Virus record (IMG/VR): IMGVR_UViG_3300003316_000274
Location: 1 to 64,000 of that record
Origin: a virus
DNA length: 64,000 nucleotides
Direction: 5' to 3' (one strand)
The translations under genes and the position numbers were made by a program. The notes below the pieces were generated by a model that saw nothing but the letters and a program-made list of their open reading frames with translations, was not told the DNA's origin and made no database searches. Shown here piece after piece: positions 44,186 to 51,427 of this stretch; the first letter of the stretch is position 1, and each line of letters begins with the position of its first letter.

Positions 44186-44193
44186 TTCACTGC

Positions 44194-44319
44194 CTACTTC
44201 CTGCGCATCGCTTCCGCCTCGATCTTCGCGATCTCGACTTTCGCGTGCATCCAGATCGACAGGGCGGCCACGCCGCACCCGCCGATGAGTACACACACCA
44301 TTGCTGTCGTCGCTGCCAT
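44194..44319 (-). CDS. 41-aa single-TM peptide (not in the ORF track)
   Basis: Hand translation gives MAATTAMVCVLIGGCGVAALSIWMHAKVEIAKIEAEAMRRK. Bracketed by hairpins. Confidence 0.4.
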   Translation of the reverse strand: MAATTAMVCVLIGGCGVAALSIWMHAKVEIAKIEAEAMRRK

Positions 44320-44371
44320 AAATCCGCCTCTCTGATCACCGGGGCGGCGGCAGGGTAGCGGATCCGGGCAG

Positions 44372-44411
44372 CCGTAAGGGCCGCGTCGTAGTGAAGACGC
44401 GGCCCTTACGG
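44372..44411 (-). terminator. strong terminator hairpin
   Basis: CCGTAAGGGCCGCGTC-gtagtgaa-GACGCGGCCCTTACGG, a perfect 16-bp stem, 19 nt downstream of the stop at 44430. Confidence 0.75.
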
Positions 44412-44429
44412 AGTCCAGAGAAAGCGGCT

Positions 44430-44669
44430 TCAGGCCAGGCCGGTGGCTTTTCCGATCAGGCCCGCCAGGATCAGGGCGCCGACGAGAGCGAACACCTTCC
44501 AGTCACCCATGCTCGGCATTCCCCAGGAGTTCGACAGGATCGCCTCGTGCATCGGGTGCATTCCGTCGTGCCTGGCGTCACGATGCTCCCGGCCGCGTTC
44601 TTCAGCGCCGCGCCGCGTCGAGAACGGCTTTGACGTCAGTCCGCAGCTCTTGCATTCGTACCGGTGCAT
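44430..44669 (-). CDS. membrane-anchored small protein with N-terminal CxxC...H-rich segment
   Basis: ORF 44430..44669. Sequence is MHRYECKSCGL...HRDARHDGMHPMHE followed by a C-terminal TM segment. Confidence 0.7.
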   Translation of the reverse strand: MHRYECKSCGLTSKPFSTRRGAEERGREHRDARHDGMHPMHEAILSNSWGMPSMGDWKVFALVGALILAGLIGKATGLA

Positions 44670-44788
44670 TGCTGGCCCCCTGGGTGAGTCTTTCGTCCGC
44701 GTTGCCCCGTCCGGGTTGGGTGCGTGACGAGATTAGCGCGCCGCGTGACCACCCGGGAAGCCGTGTCCGTTTCGTCCCCTCCTCTCGC

Positions 44789-44832
44789 CCGGTAGGGCCG
44801 GTAGTAGCCGGTAGGTAGGCGCCTACCGGTAG
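44789..44832. repeat. four CCGGTAG repeats around a 14-bp perfect palindrome
   Basis: CCGGTAG at 44789, 44798, 44808 and 44826. The palindrome GGTAGGCGCCTACC is at 44814-44827. Confidence 0.8.
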
Positions 44833-44850
44833 GCGACCGATACCCCTCTC

Positions 44851-44890
44851 GGCCGGGGGAGAGGGGGGCTCCCTGGCCTCTCCCCCGGCC
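44851..44890 (-). terminator. strong terminator hairpin
   Basis: GGCCGGGGGAGAGG-(12 nt)-CCTCTCCCCCGGCC, a perfect 14-bp stem, 39 nt downstream of the stop at 44929. Confidence 0.7.
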
Positions 44891-44928
44891 CGGCCGGGAG
44901 CCGCCCCCGGCGGCAGCCGCGGGGCGGC

Positions 44929-46050
44929 CTATTCTCCGGCCGCTCTGGGCATCGGGATGACGGCCGCATCCGGGCTCTCGTTCTCGGCCGATTCTCCACC
45001 TGAATCAGGGGGCGAATCAGTGGCCGGTTTCGATGCTGAAATGACCCTCGGACCGGGGGTTTTATCCGGTACTAGATGAGGGGGCAGATTGACCCTCCGC
45101 CCGAGACTTTTCGCAAGGTCGTCCACGTGTACGCCAGGTACGTTCTGCTGCCTCCACTTCCCCCCCTCCGGGGTGACCGTCAGCACGTGGAATTTCATCT
45201 GATCGCGCACGGTCAAACCCGCCCTTTGCAGCAGCACCGTCATGGCCTTCCGGTCATAGCCTGGAAGGCCTCCGTTTTCCTGCTGCTCAGCCAGTAGATC
45301 ATCGACACGGGCGCCCTTTCCGCGAAGGCCTTCTCTGTGGCCTTCCGCGCATTCCGCAACGCGCTCTTCGACGTACCGAACCAGGCGATCACGGATAACT
45401 TCCCATGGCTCCCCTGCCGGTTTTCCGGATTCTCCGACAGGAGATTCCTCGGGCTGCTCCCCCGCGTTCTCGTCATGATCATCCTCAGTGTGGGCGGCCT
45501 CCTCTGGGGCGAAGCAGACGGCGCCGGTGCACCACGCGATGATCAGGGCGGCGACGATCCAGCCTCGGTACGGGGCGACGTAGACCCACACGCCGGCGAG
45601 CACACCACCGAGGACGGAGAGCCCCAGGGCCGCGACGAAGAGGCCCATGGCGAGGCGCTCCGCCACGTCGCCGATCCCGGCCGGCCCCGTGGTCCTTGCG
45701 GTGGACGCGGCCGGGGTGTCGTCCTCGGCCTTCTCGCTCTTCTCGCCCTTGTTCCTGCTCTCCTGCGTCTCGGCGGGAGCGGCGGGCTTCGCCTCGCTGC
45801 TCTGCGTCCGGGAGGCCGCCTTCAGCGCTTTCCAGATCGTCGCGACGATCCAGCGGGCCAGGACGGGGCTCCCGGAGGCAACCGCCGCGACGAGGGCCTT
45901 CAGCGGCGCCAGGACCTCCTCACGCAGGACTTTCCGGAGTTCCTCTTCTTCCGTCTTCCGGGGATTCGTCTCGGGCTTGGCCGGGATGTCTTCCCCGGCC
46001 GCGCCCGGGTCCGGCTCGGGGTGGCTGCGCTTGGCCAGGTCGAAGGTCAT
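44929..46050 (-). CDS. membrane protein (charged N-terminus, central TM cluster, soluble C-terminal domain)
   Basis: ORF 44929..46050. The 3' half visibly uses more A/T-ending codons than its neighbours. Confidence 0.75.
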   Translation of the reverse strand: MTFDLAKRSHPEPDPGAAGEDIPAKPETNPRKTEEEELRKVLREEVLAPLKALVAAVASGSPVLARWIVATIWKALKAASRTQSSEAKPAAPAETQESRNKGEKSEKAEDDTPAASTARTTGPAGIGDVAERLAMGLFVAALGLSVLGGVLAGVWVYVAPYRGWIVAALIIAWCTGAVCFAPEEAAHTEDDHDENAGEQPEESPVGESGKPAGEPWEVIRDRLVRYVEERVAECAEGHREGLRGKGARVDDLLAEQQENGGLPGYDRKAMTVLLQRAGLTVRDQMKFHVLTVTPEGGKWRQQNVPGVHVDDLAKSLGRRVNLPPHLVPDKTPGPRVISASKPATDSPPDSGGESAENESPDAAVIPMPRAAGE

Positions 46051-46051
46051 G

Positions 46052-46531
46052 TCAGCCTCCGGAGATCTTCGCGGCGAGCATGCGGATGATGTTGACGACG
46101 ATGCCGGGGATACCGCCGGCCTGACCGGCGAGGACGGCTCCGGCCAGACCGAGGAGGGCGGGCCACAGCATTCGCTTCTTCCACGGCCACGCCCAGGCGA
46201 TGAGGAGCAGGATGCAGGCGGAGCCGCCGAGGCCCGGGTCGCCGAAGCCGGTGTCGGTGGTCAGGCCCAGGCCGACCTCGCCCATGCTGTTGCCGAAGTC
46301 GCCCCAGGTGCCTCCGGCGGCCATCCACAGCGTGCCGGTGAGGAATCCCCAGAGGAGGGCCTGGTCCTTGTTGTTGATCTTGATGCGGTCGCTGCCCCGC
46401 AGGCCTGCGACGAAGGCGATCGTGGACAGGCCGGCGAGGGCGGAGATCGTGATGGGTCCGGCGAGTTGCAGGCCGTGGATGCCCGGTGCTGCGGTGACGT
46501 GGGTGTGGGCGGCGGCGAAGGTGGTGTGCAC
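46052..46531 (-). CDS. polytopic membrane protein
   Basis: ORF 46052..46531 with G/A/L/W-rich hydrophobic segments. Confidence 0.75.
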   Translation of the reverse strand: MHTTFAAAHTHVTAAPGIHGLQLAGPITISALAGLSTIAFVAGLRGSDRIKINNKDQALLWGFLTGTLWMAAGGTWGDFGNSMGEVGLGLTTDTGFGDPGLGGSACILLLIAWAWPWKKRMLWPALLGLAGAVLAGQAGGIPGIVVNIIRMLAAKISGG

Positions 46532-46541
46532 GGGGGGCCTT

Positions 46542-47411
46542 TCAGACGACGGGGGTTCCCGTGTAGTGGGCGGTTGCGAGGAGGATGGATGCCAGGGGGA
46601 TCCTCACGACCCATCGGGCGAGTGCGGGCAGGTGACGGACACGCCGGTCCAGCACCCACCACACGCCGTAGCCCAGGCCCAGCGTGGTCAGCAGGAGGCT
46701 GATGGCGTTGGGGCCGAGGCCCCATTCCTGGCCGTAGGCGTTGAGCCACGCGACGAGAGCGGGAGCAAAGCGGCGTCCGACTTCGGCGGCGCCGACGGCG
46801 ATGAGGATCCGGGAGATCAGCGGGAAGGGCAGGACGTACTGCACGGCCGGAGAGCGGGTGACCATCCACGAGCCGTAGACCCCGCCGGCGGCCGTGAACA
46901 GACTGACCGTGCCGACCGCGCCGGCCTCGGCAGCCGGCAGGACATCGTTGACGAGCGAAACCAGCCCGACGCCGTAGCCAACCATCCCGGCGGACACGTT
47001 GAACGCGACGATCCGCATCCGGCGGTCCTCGGACACGCCGTGCGCCACCTTCCGGACCGCAGTCCGCTTAGGCTCCCTCTTGCCCGTGCCCTTCCGCACC
47101 GGGGCATCTGACGTGGGCGCTGTCTCCACCGCCTCGTGCTTAGGCGACACAGGTTCGCCGGCGTCGTCCGGCTCTTCAGGGCCGTCGTCCTGGACGTCGC
47201 CGGGGTCAGGATCGACGCTCAAGTGCGGGCGGCCGGTGCGCCACCAGTCGGTCACGCGCGGCGAGGACTGCGGCTGCTGCGGCATCGGCAACTCGACGGG
47301 AACCTGCGCCCCCGGCTCCTCACCCGGCTCGCTGGAATCGCCGTGGCCAGCCGGGCGGGCTCCGAGTCCGCCAAGGATGCGCTGTGTCCAGCGCTCGTGC
47401 GCGGAGGTCAC
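46542..47411 (-). CDS. polytopic membrane protein with acidic/Pro-rich N-terminal region
   Basis: The GTG at 47411 (VTSAHERW) overlaps the upstream stop (GTGA), within ORF 46542..47582. Confidence 0.7.
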   Translation of the reverse strand: MTSAHERWTQRILGGLGARPAGHGDSSEPGEEPGAQVPVELPMPQQPQSSPRVTDWWRTGRPHLSVDPDPGDVQDDGPEEPDDAGEPVSPKHEAVETAPTSDAPVRKGTGKREPKRTAVRKVAHGVSEDRRMRIVAFNVSAGMVGYGVGLVSLVNDVLPAAEAGAVGTVSLFTAAGGVYGSWMVTRSPAVQYVLPFPLISRILIAVGAAEVGRRFAPALVAWLNAYGQEWGLGPNAISLLLTTLGLGYGVWWVLDRRVRHLPALARWVVRIPLASILLATAHYTGTPVV

Positions 47412-47548
47412 CGGATCACTCCCATCACCCAAGTACCGATAGCGGGCATGGACGTGATGACGACCTCGACGGCCAGCGCGAGGAGACCGAAGAGGACGGC
47501 GACTGCGGCGCCCATCGCGAGGAGGACATCGGGGCGGGGCCCGGTCAC
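47408..47548 (-). CDS. 46-aa single-TM peptide
   Basis: The GTG at 47548 overlaps the upstream stop (GTGA). Sequence is VTGPRPDVLLAMGAAVAVLFGLLALAVEVVITSMPAIGTWVMGVIR. Confidence 0.45.
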   Translation of the reverse strand: MTGPRPDVLLAMGAAVAVLFGLLALAVEVVITSMPAIGTWVMGVIR

Positions 47549-47769
47549 GTCGCCGCCCTCCCGTTTCCGGCGCTTCCGCCAATCACGCGGCACATTGCCT
47601 CGTAGGCGTCGAGCGCCCGGGAGTCGAAGCGCCCCAGCCGGTTCTGGATGTCCTTGCCGAGCGCGTCGTACAGGCGAGCGGCCGTACGGTAGTCGCCCTG
47701 CTGCTCGGCTTGCGCCGCCTCGTCCATGCGGCAGTCGATCTCTTCCTGCGTGAGGCCCCGAGCGTTCAC
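47545..47769 (-). CDS. small soluble helical protein
   Basis: The GTG at 47769 overlaps the upstream stop. Sequence is VNARGLTQEEIDCRMDEAAQAEQQGDYRTAARLYDALGK. Confidence 0.55.
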   Translation of the reverse strand: MNARGLTQEEIDCRMDEAAQAEQQGDYRTAARLYDALGKDIQNRLGRFDSRALDAYEAMCRVIGGSAGNGRAAT

Positions 47770-48032
47770 TGGGCACTCCGCACGGCGTCGACCAGGGTGT
47801 GGACGGCAGGGAGCAGCGGGGCCACCATCGTGACGGAGGCCACGGCCCACAGGGCGACCCACACCAGGGTGATGTCGACCGCGTTCTTCGTCGACCGGAG
47901 CTGGAGGGCGATCACGCAGATCAGGCCGATGGCGGCGATGGCCGTCGATTCCGTCTGGAGCCTGGCGGGGGTGGCCGAGATGCCGATGATCAGCAGGGCG
48001 GCGTAGACGACGAGTCGGGCGATGCGTCCCAT
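47766..48032 (-). CDS. 88-aa membrane protein (3 TM segments)
   Basis: Start MGRIARLVVYAALLIIGISA within ORF 47766..48320. Confidence 0.6.
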   Translation of the reverse strand: MGRIARLVVYAALLIIGISATPARLQTESTAIAAIGLICVIALQLRSTKNAVDITLVWVALWAVASVTMVAPLLPAVHTLVDAVRSAQ

Positions 48033-48040
48033 GGGGTGGA

Positions 48041-48727
48041 TCACCTTCCGAGGTAGGGCGGCAGCAAGCGGGCCGCGATAGTGACGAAGTTCGATGGGCG
48101 CTGGCGGGGCAGCCGCTCCGCGTCGAGGCGGCGCAGGACCGTGCAGGCGTCGACGGCCGCGACGATGTGGATGCCGTTGAGCCGGTACTCGCCGCCGTTG
48201 GCCAGCCGGCCGTCGATGATCGCGACGGGTACGGGGTGTGTGCTGAGGAGGCTCGCGACGGCGCGGGCTCCGCGCTTCAGGCCGTCGAGCCGGTCGGTGA
48301 CGTCTCGGTTGTCGTGCCACAGCCGGCCGCCGTGGACGCGCACCGTGTGGCGGGCGGACATCCTCTTCGGGTCGAGGATGTACACGTGGCCGCGCGGGCT
48401 GATGGCGAGGGCGTCGATGTTCGTCGAGCCGGTCGGCAGCCTGCGGTCGTACAGGATCGTCCAGCCGTCGCGGTCGAGTTCGGCCAGGAGCTCGGCGACG
48501 TACTGCTCTCCTCTGGCCCCGGCCTCGTAGCGGTCGGCGAGCTGCCCGGCCTGGGTGGGGATGTTCAGTGCGGTGGCCAGCCGGGTCAGGGGGGTGCGTA
48601 GTTCCTGCGCGCGGGCCAGCGCCGAGGCGCCGGGAGCGCCCGGCTTCGGCCGGCGTCCGGGGCGCCCCAGTCGGTTCCAGGCGTAGATCGCGGCAGCGAT
48701 GAGGGCTACGGCCGTCGGAAGGGACAT
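48041..48727 (-). CDS. membrane-anchored NERD (nuclease-related) domain protein
   Basis: Start MSLPTAVALIAAAIYAW within ORF 48041..48931. Contains GARGEQYVAELLAELDRDGWTILYDRRLPTGSTNIDALAISPRGHVYILDPK. Confidence 0.75.
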   Translation of the reverse strand: MSLPTAVALIAAAIYAWNRLGRPGRRPKPGAPGASALARAQELRTPLTRLATALNIPTQAGQLADRYEAGARGEQYVAELLAELDRDGWTILYDRRLPTGSTNIDALAISPRGHVYILDPKRMSARHTVRVHGGRLWHDNRDVTDRLDGLKRGARAVASLLSTHPVPVAIIDGRLANGGEYRLNGIHIVAAVDACTVLRRLDAERLPRQRPSNFVTIAARLLPPYLGR

Positions 48728-48842
48728 CAGCGGTTTCCTTGCGCGAGGAGCAGGACGAGGTCGACGAGGAGCAGGAGGAGGGAGGCGAAGGCGAGGCCGA
48801 CCACTAGGTGGTCGGCCCCAACCTTCACGCGGCGGCGCCCGG

Positions 48843-48995
48843 TCACCAGGCGTCGTAGTAGACGAGGGAGGCGACGAGAGCGGCCAGGGCCACCCAGCTG
48901 CCGAGGGGCGCCAGATCACGGGGCTTGCCACGCACCGCGTAATAGAGGCCGAGGAGGCCGCTGACCTGGACGACGTAGATAAGAGGGGGGATCAC
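48843..48995 (-). CDS. 50-aa membrane peptide
   Basis: The GTG at 48995 overlaps the upstream stop (GTGA). Sequence is VIPPLIYVVQVSGLLGLYYAVRGKPRDLAPLGSWVALAALVASLVYYDAW. Confidence 0.45.
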   Translation of the reverse strand: MIPPLIYVVQVSGLLGLYYAVRGKPRDLAPLGSWVALAALVASLVYYDAW

Positions 48996-50101
48996 GAGAC
49001 CTTCTTCTGGGCCTTGCGGCGGTTGCGGAGTACGGTCTCCCCGAGCTTCGGGCGGTCGCCGTGGACGTCCTTGACTGCCTCGATCAGGTCGTCGTCGCTG
49101 ATGCCGGGTCTCTCGCGCAGGAGGCCGCGGACTGTCGAGGCGATCGACGGCGCGATGCCCGATGTCGGCGGGACCGGCGGAACAGACACGGACGGCTGTC
49201 CGGACGGGGCCTCGGCGGGAGAGGCCAGGGGCATGCCTGGAGCAGGCGGCTGTGTGAACGATGGAACCGGCGCAGTCGGCGGCGCGGGTACCGGAGCGGG
49301 GGAAGCCGGCGGCGGGACTGGCGGCGCGGCGGGCGCGGGCTGCTGGACGCGTCCGGACGGCGTCGCGGACGCGTCCGGACGCTGTCCGGACGGGATCTCG
49401 TCCATCCGGTTCGCGGCTTGCACGGTTGCCTGCGCGGCTGACCAGTCGTCTGCGCCGTACGTGAGGGCCGCATATGCCTGGCGGCTGCCGATGCGGTGCT
49501 TGAAGGAAGTCAGGGCTTCGGCGGCCGACAGGTCTTCCAGCTTGCGCTGGAGGGCGTTGGCGACGGGGCGACGCAGCTTGACCTGCCGCACCCGGAACAC
49601 GACCCACCACGAGCCCTTGGCCATCAGCGACACAGCGGCGCCGACGATGCCCGCCGCTTTCTCGTGCTCGTGGAAGCCTTCCACGAGCACTGCGGCGACG
49701 ACAACGACCACGGCGATCCATCCGGCGGTCTGCATCGGCCGCGCCCGGTCCGGCTGGCCCCGCAGGAGCCACTCGGCGACCAGGCAGACGATCCAGAGCA
49801 GCTCGAACAGAGAGGCCGCTGCGACAGCGATGGACGGCTCACCGACGACGGGGCTGAGGAGGCGGCTGATGCTGGCGGTCGACCAGACAACCGCGACGGC
49901 CGTGGAGGCGATCGCCACGGTCATCAGGAACCGCATCAGGACACCGTCCCAGTCACGCGGCGGAAGCGGCACATCCACCTCGTACGGCTCATAGTCGACG
50001 TGCTCCTCGCCGAAGACGTGGGTCACGACGGGCCGGTAGCGGATCTCCTTGCCGTAGCGCACGCCGGGCACTCTGGGCTGCTCGGCGGGGGTTTCGGTCA
50101 T
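48992..50101 (-). CDS. polytopic membrane protein with Pro/Ala-rich linker and C-terminal HTH-like domain (DUF2637-like; weak recall)
   Basis: ORF 48992..50131. The ATG at 50101 (MTETPAEQ) has a weak GAAGGG upstream. Confidence 0.7.
   Translation of the reverse strand: MTETPAEQPRVPGVRYGKEIRYRPVVTHVFGEEHVDYEPYEVDVPLPPRDWDGVLMRFLMTVAIASTAVAVVWSTASISRLLSPVVGEPSIAVAAASLFELLWIVCLVAEWLLRGQPDRARPMQTAGWIAVVVVVAAVLVEGFHEHEKAAGIVGAAVSLMAKGSWWVVFRVRQVKLRRPVANALQRKLEDLSAAEALTSFKHRIGSRQAYAALTYGADDWSAAQATVQAANRMDEIPSGQRPDASATPSGRVQQPAPAAPPVPPPASPAPVPAPPTAPVPSFTQPPAPGMPLASPAEAPSGQPSVSVPPVPPTSGIAPSIASTVRGLLRERPGISDDDLIEAVKDVHGDRPKLGETVLRNRRKAQKKVS
49198..49391. repeat. four perfect GTCCGGAC sites inside the linker-coding part of the 48992 gene
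   Basis: Sites at 49198, 49351, 49373 and 49384. The last three are spaced 22 and 11 bp apart. They are translated as SGQRPD and PSGR. Confidence 0.8.
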
Positions 50102-50178
50102 GGCTGCGCCCTTCACGCTGGGGTGGTTCATTGAGTGAGCCGGGCCCGGATCGATCGGGCCCGGCTCGTGCGGGGCGG

Positions 50179-50328
50179 TCAGTCGAGCGGGATGGTGGCC
50201 GCGTCCCCGAGCTTGGCCAACCTGATCTTGTGTTTGCGTGCGCGGTCCAGGCTGGCGGCGGCCTCCTTGGCCGCCTTGGCCTTGGCCTTCTCGATCTCCT
50301 TCGTGGTCGGCGGCGTCCGCTTCTTCAC
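50179..50328 (-). CDS. 49-aa basic helical peptide
   Basis: The GTG overlaps the upstream stop. Sequence is VKKRTPPTTKEIEKAKAKAAKEAAASLDRARKHKIRLAKLG. Confidence 0.45.
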   Translation of the reverse strand: MKKRTPPTTKEIEKAKAKAAKEAAASLDRARKHKIRLAKLGDAATIPLD

Positions 50329-50585
50329 CGGGACATCGCCTCGCGGAGACGGCCCGCGTATTCCTGCCGGGTCTCGCCGTCGTACGAGGTGGGCATCACC
50401 GCGTACATCCCGGCGAGCACGTACAGTGACTCGTCCTTGCTCAGCTCGTTGGCCAGGTGGACGATCGAGCGCCACTTCGCCGGACCGTCCGGGTCGGTCT
50501 CGGTCAGCCGGTCGGCGAGTTTCAGAAGCAGGTCCCGCATCCGCACCGGCTCCCAGTCCGCGGCCGTCGGGGTCTCATCAGTCAT
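50325..50585 (-). CDS. small hypothetical protein
   Basis: Start MTDETPTAADWEPV within ORF 50325..50702. A GGGGAGGG motif lies upstream. Confidence 0.6.
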   Translation of the reverse strand: MTDETPTAADWEPVRMRDLLLKLADRLTETDPDGPAKWRSIVHLANELSKDESLYVLAGMYAVMPTSYDGETRQEYAGRLREAMSR

Positions 50586-50689
50586 CGAGCCGCCCTCCCC
50601 GCCGTGGTGACACCCGTGTCGGTCCAGGCTCCGCAGCTCCTGCACACGAGCTGCTGGCCCTCGGGCTCCAACGGTCGTCCGCAGCACAT
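50582..50689 (-). CDS. 35-aa Cys-rich peptide (not in the ORF track)
   Basis: Hand translation gives MCCGRPLEPEGQQLVCRSCGAWTDTGVTTAGRAAR. It is overlap-coupled to its neighbours at both ends. Confidence 0.35.
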   Translation of the reverse strand: MCCGRPLEPEGQQLVCRSCGAWTDTGVTTAGRAAR

Positions 50690-50829
50690 CACCGCTGGCC
50701 ACCCGCCTTGCCCTGGGCGCCGTGGATCTGGATGCGGGTGACCGCGTCCTTGACCGCCTTCGGGTCCCGATGGGCGTGGCCGGCCGCGTAGGCGGCGCGG
50801 GCCTTCTTCAGCTCGTCGGCGGCGCTCAC
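50689..50829 (-). CDS. 46-aa peptide
   Basis: The GTG at 50829 overlaps the upstream stop (GTGA). Sequence begins VSAADELKKARAAYAAGHAHRDPK. Confidence 0.45.
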   Translation of the reverse strand: MSAADELKKARAAYAAGHAHRDPKAVKDAVTRIQIHGAQGKAGGQR

Positions 50830-51233
50830 CGGCTCACCCCCGGCAGGCTCCCGCCGGCGTTCTCGCCCGGACGGCGCGGGCCCGGGATCCGGGGAATCAC
50901 CGGTCCGTTGTCGTCCCACTCGCAGCCCAGCCACGTCGCGATCCGACGCAGCCGCAGCGACAGCTCGCCGCGCGTGATGCCCTCCACCACCCCGCCGGCC
51001 GCGCCCAGCGCGGCCCTGGAGACGGCGCTCACGCCGCCGTGGCAGCTCTCCCCGACCAGTTCGTACGCCGCAGCGCCGACCCGGACCGGGAAGTCGAGCA
51101 GGTCGACCGGCGCCTCGGGGCGCTCCGCCGCGTACTTGTCAGCGACCGTGCCGAGCACCCAGCTCGCACACGCCTTGTGTTCCTCGGTGAGGCCCTGTGC
51201 CCCGCTACGCGGGAGATCAGTACCCTGTGCCAT
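50826..51233 (-). CDS. hypothetical protein, first gene of a leftward operon
   Basis: ORF 50826..51233. Confidence 0.65.
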   Translation of the reverse strand: MAQGTDLPRSGAQGLTEEHKACASWVLGTVADKYAAERPEAPVDLLDFPVRVGAAAYELVGESCHGGVSAVSRAALGAAGGVVEGITRGELSLRLRRIATWLGCEWDDNGPVIPRIPGPRRPGENAGGSLPGVSR

Positions 51234-51264
51234 GCGTCAGCTCCTGTCTCGTCAGGTCTGGCGC

Positions 51265-51303
51265 GGCCCCCGGTCGGCGTTTTCGAGGCCCCGACCGGGG
51301 GCC
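51265..51303. promoter_or_regulatory. 13-bp-stem hairpin in a divergent control region
   Basis: GGCCCCCGGTCGG-(13 nt)-CCGACCGGGGGCC. Confidence 0.5.
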
Positions 51304-51351
51304 GACTTGTACGTACGAGACCGAAGGGAGCGGCCTCGCCAGGACAACGTA

Positions 51352-51385
51352 AACCCTAGGGTTGCTGATTTGCAACCCTAGGGTT
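51352..51385. promoter_or_regulatory. two copies of the 12-bp perfect palindrome AACCCTAGGGTT, 22 bp apart (operator pair)
   Basis: Copies at 51352-51363 and 51374-51385, separated by GCTGATTTGC. They lie 43 bp upstream of the + gene start at 51428. Confidence 0.75.
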
Positions 51386-51427
51386 TAACCTGCGCGTGTC
51401 CGCACTCCGTGACAGAGGGGAGCGGAA

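Noticed and set aside
43909-44190. ORF 43909..44190 (-) and ORF 44147..44335 (+).
   Set aside because: Poor composition and GC3. The opposite-strand small ORFs (43952-44134 + and 44194-44319 -) have RBS-like sequences and sit between hairpins.
48797-48819. The perfect 10-bp-stem hairpin GGCCGACCAC-tag-GTGGTCGGCC as a terminator.
   Set aside because: It lies inside a possible 33-aa TM peptide frame (about 48726-48827) within a tightly coupled operon, and it has no U-tract. I could not decide between coding and structural roles, so it was left unannotated.
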